From positions 10,596 through 74,595 of the forward strand of contig LJTQ01000002.1 of NCBI GenBank assembly GCA_001303445.1: a stretch of DNA of 64,000 nt, given 5' to 3'. The notes under the pieces were generated by a model, which was given only the letters and a program-made list of their open reading frames with translations, searched no databases and was not told the DNA's origin. Source of the DNA: Betaproteobacteria bacterium SG8_39 (lineage in GTDB: Bacteria; Pseudomonadota; Gammaproteobacteria; Burkholderiales; SG8-39). Below, one piece after another: positions 29,058 to 40,966 of this stretch; the first letter of the stretch is position 1, and every line of letters begins with the position of its first letter. The position numbers and the translations under genes were made by a program.

Positions 29058-29750
29058 ATGGCATACGCGATTCCGTTGTGGAGCCCGCCGGCGCTGCCGG
29101 TGAGCGACAGCAAGGACCTGTTTCCGGTCCGGCGCATCTTCTGCGTCGGGCGCAATTACGTCGAGCACCAGAAGGAAATGGGGGGTGACGGTCGCGAGGC
29201 GCCGTTCTTCTTCATCAAGTCGGCGCATGCGATCGTGCCGCCCGGCGGCAAGGTGGCCTATCCGCCGAAGACGTCGAACCTGCACTACGAGACGGAAATG
29301 GTCGTTGCGATTGCGAAAGGCGGGCGGCGCATTCCGGCAAGCGAGGCGAATGCGCACATCTTCGGCTATGGCGTGGGCTTGGACATGACGCGCCGCGACC
29401 TGCAGCAATGGGGCAAGGATCACGGCCGGCCGTGGGATTTTGGCAAGGATTTCGACCAGGCCGCGCCCTGCAGCGCGCTCGCACCGGCGGCGCGCATCGG
29501 GCACCCGGCAAAGGGCGCGATTCGCCTGGCGGTGAACGACAAGCTGCGCCAGGATGCCGATCTCTCGGACATGATCTGGTCGGTGCCCGAGCAGATCGCC
29601 TACCTGTCCGAGTACTACCACCTCGAGCCGGGCGATCTGATCTTCAGCGGTACGCCGGCCGGCGTGGGGGCGGTGAAAGCCGGCGACCGGCTGCTCGCCT
29701 CGGTCGACGGCGTCGGCTCGCTCGAGGTCACGATCGCGCCGGCCGAGTAG
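29058..29750 (+). CDS. fumarylacetoacetate hydrolase family protein (fumarylpyruvate-hydrolase-like size)
   Basis: 230 aa. CVGRNYVEHQKEMG, LHYETEMVVAI and GDLIFSGTPAGVG are FAH-fold motifs. Confidence 0.85.
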   Translation: MAYAIPLWSPPALPVSDSKDLFPVRRIFCVGRNYVEHQKEMGGDGREAPFFFIKSAHAIVPPGGKVAYPPKTSNLHYETEMVVAIAKGGRRIPASEANAHIFGYGVGLDMTRRDLQQWGKDHGRPWDFGKDFDQAAPCSALAPAARIGHPAKGAIRLAVNDKLRQDADLSDMIWSVPEQIAYLSEYYHLEPGDLIFSGTPAGVGAVKAGDRLLASVDGVGSLEVTIAPAE

Positions 29751-29786
29751 CCACGCATCGCGAAGCGGTCGCGCGCGCCGTCCACG

Positions 29787-30425
29787 ATGGAGCTCTATAC
29801 CTACTTTCGCAGCTCTGCGGCGTTCCGCGTGCGCATTGCGCTCAACCTCAAGGGGCTTGCCTATAGCGCGCATACGATTCACCTGCGCAAGAGTGAGCAG
29901 CGCGCGCCTGACTATCTCGCGGTCAATCCGCAGGGTCTGGTGCCTACCCTGGTCGTCGATGGGCAGCGACTCACGCAGTCGCTGGCGATTCTCGAATATC
30001 TCGAGGAGCGTCATCCTGCGCCGGCGCTGCTGCCGGCCGACGCCATCGGCCGCGCCCGCGTGCGCGCGCTCGCCGACCTGGTGGCTTGCGAGATCCACCC
30101 GCTGAACAATCTGCGCACGCTGGACTACCTGCGCACGCATCTCGGCCAGGACGAAGCCGGAATCGCCAGCTGGTACCGGCACTGGATCGCCGACGGGCTC
30201 GAGAAGCTCGAGGCCGCGCTGACGCAGGACGGCAAGGCGGGAACCTACTGCCATGGCGAGCAGCCGACGGTCGCCGACTGCTGCCTGGTACCGCAGATCT
30301 TCAACGCACAGCGCTTCGACAGCGACCTGTCGCCGTATCCAAAGACGATGCGCGTGTTCGACGCCTGCATGAAGCTGGACGCCTTTCAGCGCGCCCAGCC
30401 CTCGGCACAGCCCGACGCCGAATAA
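29787..30425 (+). CDS. maiA: maleylacetoacetate/maleylpyruvate isomerase (zeta-class GST)
   Basis: 212 aa. MELYTYFRSSAAFRVRIALNLKG...NPQGLVPTL is the GST-zeta signature. Confidence 0.85.
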   Translation: MELYTYFRSSAAFRVRIALNLKGLAYSAHTIHLRKSEQRAPDYLAVNPQGLVPTLVVDGQRLTQSLAILEYLEERHPAPALLPADAIGRARVRALADLVACEIHPLNNLRTLDYLRTHLGQDEAGIASWYRHWIADGLEKLEAALTQDGKAGTYCHGEQPTVADCCLVPQIFNAQRFDSDLSPYPKTMRVFDACMKLDAFQRAQPSAQPDAE

Positions 30426-30476
30426 GCCAGCCGGACAGGGGACGCCAACTTTCGCAGCCAGAAGGAGATCAGGGAC

Positions 30477-31226
30477 ATGAAACTGGACGGAAAAAAGGCC
30501 ATCGTGACCGGAGGCGCCTCCGGCATCGGTAAAGCGACGACGCTCGAACTCGCGCGGGCGGGCGCGCAGGTTTTCCTCGGGGACGTCGACGAGGCCGGCG
30601 GCACCGCAGTGCAGAAGGAGGCGCACGCGGCGGGTCTCAAGGTGGACTACGTCAAGCTCGACTTGACCAACGAGACCTCAATCGACCAGTTCGCGGCGGA
30701 CGTCCTCAAGCGCGCCGGCGGCCGCGTCGACGTGCTGGTCAACGCGGCAGGCTGGGGAAAGGTGCAGCCGTTCGTCGACAATCCGCCCGAGTTCTGGGAT
30801 CAGGTGCTGGCGATCAACCTGAAGGGGCCGATCCGGCTGACGCAAAAGCTGCTGCCGTCGATGTTCGAGGCACGCGCCGGGAAGATCGTCAACATCTCGA
30901 GCGACGCCGGGCGCGTTGGCAGCCTCGGCGAGACCGTCTACGCGGCGGCCAAGGGCGGCGTGATCGCGTTCACCAAGTCGCTCGCGCGCGAGGCCGCGCG
31001 CTTCGGCGTCAACGTGAACTGCGTGTGCCCGGGCCCCACCGACACGCCCCTCTACAACCGCGTGCCCGAGAAGATCCGCGAGGCCTTCGTCCGCGCGATT
31101 CCCTTCCGTCGCGTGGCGCAGCCCAAGGAGATCGCCGACGCGATCCTGTTTTTCGCGAGCAACCGCTCCGACTACGTGACCGGACAGATCCTCAGCGTAA
31201 GCGGCGGTCTGACGCTCGCCGGCTAG
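30477..31226 (+). CDS. SDR family oxidoreductase
   Basis: TGGASGIGKAT cofactor motif and YAAAKGG catalytic motif. GAAGGAG SD 10 nt upstream. Confidence 0.9.
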   Translation: MKLDGKKAIVTGGASGIGKATTLELARAGAQVFLGDVDEAGGTAVQKEAHAAGLKVDYVKLDLTNETSIDQFAADVLKRAGGRVDVLVNAAGWGKVQPFVDNPPEFWDQVLAINLKGPIRLTQKLLPSMFEARAGKIVNISSDAGRVGSLGETVYAAAKGGVIAFTKSLAREAARFGVNVNCVCPGPTDTPLYNRVPEKIREAFVRAIPFRRVAQPKEIADAILFFASNRSDYVTGQILSVSGGLTLAG

Positions 31227-31236
31227 CCGCGCAGGG

Positions 31237-31266
31237 CCGATGCCTGCGACGCGGCGCAGGCATCGG
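31237..31266. terminator. convergent-gene hairpin (possible bidirectional terminator, no U-tract)
   Basis: Perfect 12-bp stem CCGATGCCTGCG / CGCAGGCATCGG with a 6-nt loop, between the SDR stop and the rhodanese stop. Confidence 0.45.
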
Positions 31267-31275
31267 GGTCAGCGC

Positions 31276-31671
31276 TCAGCACTGCTCCCAGGGCAGGCCG
31301 TCATGGCGCCAGCCCGCCAGCGAGTTGCGCTGGTGCTGGTCGTTCAGTTCGCCCTCAAAGCCGTGCACCACGTTGTACACGCGCGTAAAGCCGGCGCGCT
31401 CCAGTTCCCCGCCGGCCTCGTTGGAGCGATTGCCGCTGCGGCAGATCAGCACGATCGGCCGCATCGTATGGTTGGTTCCCGCGAGCCGCTTGACCTGGCC
31501 CACGAAGTGCGGGTTGACGAGCCAGTCGGGGCCGTCGTTCCAGGCGACATGCAGCGCGCCCGCCGGATGGCCGACGAACAGGTACTCCATCTCGCTACGG
31601 CAATCGATGAACAGGGCGTCAGGATTGCGCTTGAGAAAATCGAAAGCGGCTTTCGGCTCGAGGTGCTCCAT
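31276..31671 (-). CDS. rhodanese-like domain-containing protein
   Basis: 131 aa. Active-site loop LICRSGNRS within a rhodanese-fold context (FIDCRSEMEY...). Confidence 0.85.
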   Translation of the reverse strand: MEHLEPKAAFDFLKRNPDALFIDCRSEMEYLFVGHPAGALHVAWNDGPDWLVNPHFVGQVKRLAGTNHTMRPIVLICRSGNRSNEAGGELERAGFTRVYNVVHGFEGELNDQHQRNSLAGWRHDGLPWEQC

Positions 31672-31868
31672 ACGCGGGAAGTCCTTGAAAGACCACGCAT
31701 TATAGGGTGTTTCGGGTTGACAGCCAGGGATTGTCTCGGCACACTGCGGCGGGTGTGCGAGGCACGCACACGCTGTGTGGCGCCGATTTGATGGTTCAGC
31801 TTGCGGGCGCCGAACCGCCGTCCCTCGGACGGCGGGGAAAAAAATGCCGCTAAAGAGACGTGCACGAG

Positions 31869-31909
31869 AGCCCGTTTCTAGCGCGAGCTGAACGGGCTTT
31901 TGTTTTTTT
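31869..31909 (+). terminator. intrinsic terminator/attenuator in the metH leader
   Basis: Stem AGCCCGTT (31869-31876) / AACGGGCT (31891-31898) with an inner AGC/GCT extension, followed by TTTTGTTTTTTT. It ends 8 nt before the metH ATG. The upstream gene is divergent, so this is not a gene-end terminator. Confidence 0.7.
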
Positions 31910-31916
31910 ATCTGCC

Positions 31917-35645
<3,729 letters not shown>

Positions 35646-35672
35646 AATCGCGTTTTTACACCGGAGTACGGT

Positions 35673-35774
35673 ATGGGCAAGGGCGACAAGCGCACGCGAC
35701 GCGGCAAGATCTACCGCAGCAGCTACGGCAACAAGCGGCCGCAGCGCAACAAGAAAACCAAGAAGACCCGCTGA
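35673..35774 (+). CDS. 30S ribosomal protein THX (bTHX)
   Basis: Hand-translated 33-aa ORF MGKGDKRTRRGKIYRSSYGNKRPQRNKKTKKTR with a GGAG SD 7 nt upstream. It resembles Thermus THX (GKGDRRTRRGKIWRGTYGK...). Below the ORF-track size cutoff. Confidence 0.8.
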   Translation: MGKGDKRTRRGKIYRSSYGNKRPQRNKKTKKTR

Positions 35775-35788
35775 AGACGCGCAATCCG

Positions 35789-36169
35789 ATGCTCGCGAGC
35801 GCAAAGCTGTTCCTCGCGCTCGGCGCGGTGTTCGGTGCGTGCGGCGTCACGCTCGGCGCATTCGGCGCGCACGCCCTCAAGGCGCGGCTCGCGGCCGATC
35901 AGCTCGCGCTCTGGAACACCGCGACCCAGTACCTGTTCTGGCATGCGCTCGGCCTGCTGGCGGTCGGTCTGGCCTGTACCCAGCTGCCCGAAAGCACCTG
36001 GCTGCGCACAGCCGGCGTGCTGCTCGCGGCCGGCATCGTGCTGTTTTCCGGCAGCCTGTACCTGCTTGCGCTCGGCGCACCCAGAGTGCTCGGTGCCGTC
36101 ACACCCATCGGCGGACTGGCGTTCATGGCCGGCTGGGCCACACTGACGGTCGGCGTGCTGCGCGCCTAG
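35789..36169 (+). CDS. DUF423 (YgdD/TMEM256) family membrane protein
   Basis: 126 aa, 4 TM. GAFGAHAL...YLFWHALGLL pattern. Confidence 0.8.
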   Translation: MLASAKLFLALGAVFGACGVTLGAFGAHALKARLAADQLALWNTATQYLFWHALGLLAVGLACTQLPESTWLRTAGVLLAAGIVLFSGSLYLLALGAPRVLGAVTPIGGLAFMAGWATLTVGVLRA

Positions 36170-36507
36170 GACGCCTCGAGCCTCTCGGCCGTGAGTTGCG
36201 CATCGTCCGGCATGCTGAGCGCGCGCGCCGGCGCGATGTACTGCGCGAGCGGCCAGCTCGTCAGCACGCGCTCGAGCGCCCGCTGGTGCGACGGCTCGAC
36301 GAAACCGATGAGCACGCGGGCCGGCTGACGCGTGCGCAGCAACTGCGCCAACCGCGCCTGCAGCTCGGCCCGACCGGTGCAGCAGGGACAGCTCAGGAGC
36401 TCAAGCACTGCCCAGTCGGGACGTGTTGCGCACAGGCGTACGGTCAGCGCGCGCGCCTGCGCGCGCTCGCTGCCGCTGGTGCAGATGTGTACCGGAACGC
36501 GACTCAC
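36166..36507 (-). CDS. hypothetical protein with CxCC motif (COG0523/CobW-like fragment lacking a P-loop)
   Basis: 113-aa GC3-rich ORF. GTG start in a GTGA overlap with the trkH stop. LELLSCPCCTGRAELQARLAQLL...ARVLIGFVEPS parallels the NGCICC...IIETTG segment of COG0523 G-domains. No GxxGxGK motif. Confidence 0.5.
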   Translation of the reverse strand: MSRVPVHICTSGSERAQARALTVRLCATRPDWAVLELLSCPCCTGRAELQARLAQLLRTRQPARVLIGFVEPSHQRALERVLTSWPLAQYIAPARALSMPDDAQLTAERLEAS

Positions 36508-38027
36508 CGTCTCCAGAACCCCGGCGTAAAGACGATCAGCAGGGTGAACATCTCGAGCCGCCCAAGCAGCATCGTTGCGCTCAACAGGGAAAGCTGCACG
36601 CCGTTCAGGCTGGCATAGGTCCCCGACGGTCCGATTTCATTCAATCCCGGACCCAGATTGTTAATGCACGCCATCGTTGCGCTGAACGCCGTGACGATGT
36701 TCATTCCCGAGAGGGCGAGCAGCAGCGTGACGACGACGATGCACACGCCGTAAACCAGCATGAAGGCGAGCACGGCGAAGATGATCTGGTTCTCGACGAC
36801 GCGCCCACCGAGGCGAATCGGCAGCACCGCCTTGGGATGCAGGATGCGTCGCATCTCGCGCACCGCCTGTTGCGCCATGAGGCGCGTGCGCATCATCTTG
36901 ATGCCGGCACCGGTCGAACCCGAACAACTCGTGAAGCCGCTCATGATGAGCATCCACATCGGCGCGAAGACCGGCCATAAACCATAATCCACGCTCGTAT
37001 ATCCGGTCGTGGTGGCGACCGAGACGACGTTGAAGGCGCTCATGCGCAGCGCGGAGGCCCATTCCGGATACGCGCCGACCCACCACAACAGTCCGGCGAT
37101 GACGAGAACGCTCACCAGCAGCACGCCCAGATATGCGGGCACTTCCGGGTCGCTCGCGTAGACCGAGAGTGAGCGCTTTCTCAAGAGCAGAAAGTGCGTC
37201 GAAAAATTCATCCCCGCGAGCAGCATAAATGCGATCGTCACGGCTTCCAGAACGGGTGAATTCCAGTAGGCAAAGCTTGCGTCGTGCGACGACATGCCGC
37301 CGAGCGACATGGTCGTAAAGGCGTGCATCAGGGCATCCAGCCAATCCATGCCAGCGAGTTTCATGGCGATCGTGCAGGCCAGCGTGATGAGACCGTAGAC
37401 CAGCCAAAGCGCCTTTGCGGTCTCGGTCATGCGCGGCGTCAATTTGTTGTCCTTCATCGGCCCGGGCGTCTCGGCCTTGAACAGCTGCGAGCCGCCAACG
37501 CCGAGCATGGGGAGAATGGCGATGGCCAACACGATGATTCCCATGCCCCCCATCCATTGCAGCTGACAGCGCCAGAAATTGATGGAGGGCGGAAGACCGT
37601 CCAGACCGACGAACACCGTCGCACCGGTCGTGGTAATCGCCGAGACAGCTTCGAAGTACGCGCGCGTAAGCGACAGGTCGCGGAAGTACAGGACCAGCGG
37701 CAACGCAGCGAGCACCGGCAGGCCGGCCCAGCCGCTCGCCACGAGCAGAAATCCGTCGCGCACGCGCAATTCACGTTGCTTACCGTACGTCAGGATCCGC
37801 AGAAATCCGCCCACCGCTGCCGTCGCCAGCATGCCACCCTCGAACGCAAAGCGCGCGCCATCGTCCAGCAGCTCGGCCACCAGCAGCGGCACGCCCATGG
37901 CGAGCGCCATCACCAACGTCAAGGCCGACAGTGCGTGCAGAACGGCGAACGGTTGAACCATGACGTCCGGTGGCGCGGTGCGTTGGGATTCCCAGTGGCG
38001 TCGATAGTGCGCCGGATCGCCGATCAA
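36504..38027 (-). CDS. trkH: TrkH family potassium uptake protein (distal paralog)
   Basis: 507 aa, multi-TM. LPPSINFWRCQLQWMGGMGIIVLAIAILPMLGVGG and TTTGYTSVDY selectivity-filter-like repeats. Confidence 0.9.
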   Translation of the reverse strand: MIGDPAHYRRHWESQRTAPPDVMVQPFAVLHALSALTLVMALAMGVPLLVAELLDDGARFAFEGGMLATAAVGGFLRILTYGKQRELRVRDGFLLVASGWAGLPVLAALPLVLYFRDLSLTRAYFEAVSAITTTGATVFVGLDGLPPSINFWRCQLQWMGGMGIIVLAIAILPMLGVGGSQLFKAETPGPMKDNKLTPRMTETAKALWLVYGLITLACTIAMKLAGMDWLDALMHAFTTMSLGGMSSHDASFAYWNSPVLEAVTIAFMLLAGMNFSTHFLLLRKRSLSVYASDPEVPAYLGVLLVSVLVIAGLLWWVGAYPEWASALRMSAFNVVSVATTTGYTSVDYGLWPVFAPMWMLIMSGFTSCSGSTGAGIKMMRTRLMAQQAVREMRRILHPKAVLPIRLGGRVVENQIIFAVLAFMLVYGVCIVVVTLLLALSGMNIVTAFSATMACINNLGPGLNEIGPSGTYASLNGVQLSLLSATMLLGRLEMFTLLIVFTPGFWRR

Positions 38028-39481
38028 CGACGCCAGAAGGCGGGCGTCAGCAGGACGAAAACCGTCATCAGCTCGAGCCGCCCGAGCAACATCGCAAACG
38101 TGCAGACCCAGGTCTGAAAATCATCCAGCACCGCATATGTCGACGTTGGCCCCACCTCGCCGAGCCCGGGGCCGAGGTTGTTCAGACAGGCCGCTGCCGC
38201 CGAGAACGCCGTCATGAAATCCAGCTGCGTCGCCGTCAGCAGCATGGTGATAAGCGTCAGGGTCGCGCCGTACACCAGCATGTAGGCAAGTACCGCGAAA
38301 ATGATGTTGTTCTCTACCACCTGCCCGCCGAGCTTCACCGGTATCAGCGCGCGGGGGTGCACGATCCGCATCATCTCGCGCAGCGCCTGCTGAAACATCA
38401 GCAGCGCGCGCATCATCTTGATCCCGCCGCCCGCCGAACCGGAGCAGGTGCTGAACGTCGACAGCATCAGCATCCAGAGCGGAGCAAACAGCGGCCAGAC
38501 GGCGTAGTCGGTCGTCGAATAACCCGTCGTGGTGGCAACCGAGACGACGTTGAACAGCGCGTAGCGCGCGGTGGTCGGGAAATTGTCGTGCGCCCCATGC
38601 AAAAAGATATAGCCCGCCACGAGCGCGACGCTGGCGCCGCAGACGCTGAAGAACGCGCGTGCCTCCGCGTCGAACCGGTACGGTCGAAGCGACACGCGAC
38701 GCAAGGCTACGAAATGCGTGCCGAAACTGACACCGGCGGCCAGCATGAAGACCACCGCCAGCGCCTCGATGAGCGCCGAATTCCAGTAGGCAAAGCTCGC
38801 GTCGTGCGACGAAAAGCCCCCCAGCGCGACCGTCGTGAATGCATGCATCATGGCGTCGAGCCCGTCCATCCCGGCCCAGGCGTAGCTCAGGCCGCAGAGC
38901 ACGGTGAGCAGCAGGTACACCAGCCACAGGCCCTTCGCGGTCTGCGCAATCCGCGGCGTGAGCTGCTGTTCCTTCATCGGCCCGGGCGTTTCCGCCTTCA
39001 GCAGCTGACGGCCGCCGACCCCGAGCAGCGGCAAAATCGCGACCGCAAGCACGATGATGCCCATGCCGCCGACCCACTGCAGCATGCAGCGCCAGACATT
39101 GATCGAGGGGGGCAGGCCGTCAAGGCCCGACAGCACCGTCGCACCCGTGGCGGTGAGGGCAGACATGGTTTCGAAGTAGGCATCGGTAAAACTGAGCCCG
39201 GGCAGATAGACGAGCAACGGCACCGTCGCGAACGCCGGCAGCACCGACCACACCAACACGACGAACAGGAACCCGTCGCGTGGCTGCAACTCGCGGCGAC
39301 CGCCGCGCGTCACGACCCAGCCCAGAAAGCCTGCCACCCCTGTGATCAGGATGGCGAGATCGTAGGCACCTTCGGCACCGTCCTCCAGCGTGAGCGAGAC
39401 GGCGAGCGGCAGCAGCATGGCGAGCGCGAAGATTGCGACCACCACGGACAGCAGGTTCAATACAGTCGCAAAGCGGCCCAT
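38024..39481 (-). CDS. trkH: TrkH family potassium uptake protein (proximal paralog)
   Basis: 485 aa. LPPSINVWRCMLQWVGGMGIIVLAVAILPLLGVGG and TTTGYSTTDY. 4-nt overlap with the downstream paralog. Confidence 0.9.
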   Translation of the reverse strand: MGRFATVLNLLSVVVAIFALAMLLPLAVSLTLEDGAEGAYDLAILITGVAGFLGWVVTRGGRRELQPRDGFLFVVLVWSVLPAFATVPLLVYLPGLSFTDAYFETMSALTATGATVLSGLDGLPPSINVWRCMLQWVGGMGIIVLAVAILPLLGVGGRQLLKAETPGPMKEQQLTPRIAQTAKGLWLVYLLLTVLCGLSYAWAGMDGLDAMMHAFTTVALGGFSSHDASFAYWNSALIEALAVVFMLAAGVSFGTHFVALRRVSLRPYRFDAEARAFFSVCGASVALVAGYIFLHGAHDNFPTTARYALFNVVSVATTTGYSTTDYAVWPLFAPLWMLMLSTFSTCSGSAGGGIKMMRALLMFQQALREMMRIVHPRALIPVKLGGQVVENNIIFAVLAYMLVYGATLTLITMLLTATQLDFMTAFSAAAACLNNLGPGLGEVGPTSTYAVLDDFQTWVCTFAMLLGRLELMTVFVLLTPAFWRR

Positions 39482-39499
39482 CGGAAACGACGGCTGCGC

Positions 39500-40873
39500 T
39501 TAGAGGAAGCGCACGCCGACCTGGAACAGTTTTTCTACGCGCGGCAGTGTTTTCTTGTCGGCGACGAAGACGATCGCGTGGTCTTCCGCCTCGATCACCG
39601 TGTCGTGATGCGCCATCAGCACCTCGTCGCCGCGAACGACCGCACCGATGGTCGTCCCGGCAGGCAGATCGATGTCCTCGACGCGCCGTCCGATCACCTT
39701 GCTCGAGTCGCGGTCACCGTGCACGACGGCCTCGAGCGCTTCTGCCGCGCCGCGTCGCAGGCTGTGTACCGCGACGACGTCGCCGCGGCGTACGTGCGCC
39801 AGAAGCTTGCCGATCGTCGCCTGCGCGGGCGAGATCGCGATGTCGATCTCGCCGCTTTGCAACAGGTCGACGTAGGAGCGCCGGTTGATGAGCGCGACGA
39901 CCCGTCGCGCGCCGAGCCGCTTGGCGAGCAGCGAGCTCATGATGTTGTTCTCGTCGTTGTTGGTCACGGCGACGAACAGGTCCATGTCGCCAATGCCCTC
40001 CTGCAGGAGCAGTTCCTCGTCGGTCGCGTCCCCATTGAGAACCAGGGCCTCGTGCACGCGTGCCGCGAGCATCTCGCAGCGCTGCTTGTTGTGCTCGACG
40101 ACGCGCACCGAGTAGTCGCGCTCGAGCGCGCGCGCCAGGCGCTGGCCGATGTTCCCGCCGCCGGCAATCATGATGCGCCGGACCGGCCGGTCCATGCGCC
40201 GCAGCTCGCGCATCACCTTGCGGATGTCGCGCGAAGCGGCAAGGCAGAACACTTCGTCGTCGACCTCGATGACGGTGTCGCCGTCAGGGACGATCGGATG
40301 GTTGCGCCGAAAGATGGCCACGATCCGCGTGTCGATGCTGGGGATATGCGAGCGAATATCCTTCACCGGGTGCCCGACCATCGGCCCGCCGCGATAGGCA
40401 CGCACGGCAACCAGGCTCACCACGCCATCGGCGAAGTCCAGCACCTGCAGCGCTTCCGGAAACTCGATCAGCTTGACGATGTACTCGGTCAGCACCTGTT
40501 CGGGGCAGATCGACAGATCGACCTCGAAGCCCTCGGCACCGAGCAAACGTTCGTCGTTCAAAAAATCGGTGGCCCGCACGCGCGCCACCCGCCGCGGCAC
40601 ATTGAACATCCGCGCCGCAATCTTGCAGGCCGCGAGGTTGGTCTCGTCGCTCTGGGTCACGGCGATCAGTAGATCGGCATCGTCGGCCCCGGCCTCGGCG
40701 AGCACCGAGGGATGCGCCGCGCTGCCGGTGACGGTGCGCAAGTCGAGGCGATCCTGCAACGCGCGCAGACGCGGCGGGTCCACATCGACGACCGTGATGT
40801 CGTTCTGCTCCGAGACCAGGCTTTCGGCGACCGAACCGCCGACCTGACCTGCGCCGAGAATGATGATCTTCAC
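39500..40873 (-). CDS. trkA: Trk system potassium uptake protein TrkA
   Basis: 457 aa, two RCK/NAD-binding repeats (MKIIILGAGQVGGSVA..., IMIAGGGNIGQRLA). GTG start. Confidence 0.95.
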   Translation of the reverse strand: MKIIILGAGQVGGSVAESLVSEQNDITVVDVDPPRLRALQDRLDLRTVTGSAAHPSVLAEAGADDADLLIAVTQSDETNLAACKIAARMFNVPRRVARVRATDFLNDERLLGAEGFEVDLSICPEQVLTEYIVKLIEFPEALQVLDFADGVVSLVAVRAYRGGPMVGHPVKDIRSHIPSIDTRIVAIFRRNHPIVPDGDTVIEVDDEVFCLAASRDIRKVMRELRRMDRPVRRIMIAGGGNIGQRLARALERDYSVRVVEHNKQRCEMLAARVHEALVLNGDATDEELLLQEGIGDMDLFVAVTNNDENNIMSSLLAKRLGARRVVALINRRSYVDLLQSGEIDIAISPAQATIGKLLAHVRRGDVVAVHSLRRGAAEALEAVVHGDRDSSKVIGRRVEDIDLPAGTTIGAVVRGDEVLMAHHDTVIEAEDHAIVFVADKKTLPRVEKLFQVGVRFL

Positions 40874-40921
40874 ACGGACGCGCGCTTGTCGTGACGCGTT
40901 ACGCTATGTGGGGCGCGCATT

Positions 40922-40966
40922 GTAGACCCTCGTAGACCCTCGTAGACCCTCTGGACCCTAGACCCT
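40922..40966. repeat. tandem decamer array (GTAGACCCTC x3 plus two degenerate RGACCCT copies)
   Basis: Read directly: GTAGACCCTC at 40922, 40932 and 40942, then TGGACCCT and AGACCCT. Located in the intergenic region between the ntrX stop (40995) and the trkA start (40873). Confidence 0.9.

Noticed and set aside
31740-31870. Calling the metH leader an SAH or cobalamin riboswitch
   Set aside because: I could not find the conserved SAH strings (AGGAGCGCUGC, CAGGCUCGG, AACGGCGCUC) or a B12 box (GCCACUG with the AGGGAA...CCGGUG context). Only short partial resemblances are present. It is left as an unclassified structured leader pending a covariance-model search.
37970-40672. 900-aa ORF on the plus strand
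   Set aside because: It is antisense to trkH and trkA, whose translations carry clear family signatures. Its composition is Arg/His/Gln/Asp-rich with no motifs. It is a shadow ORF.
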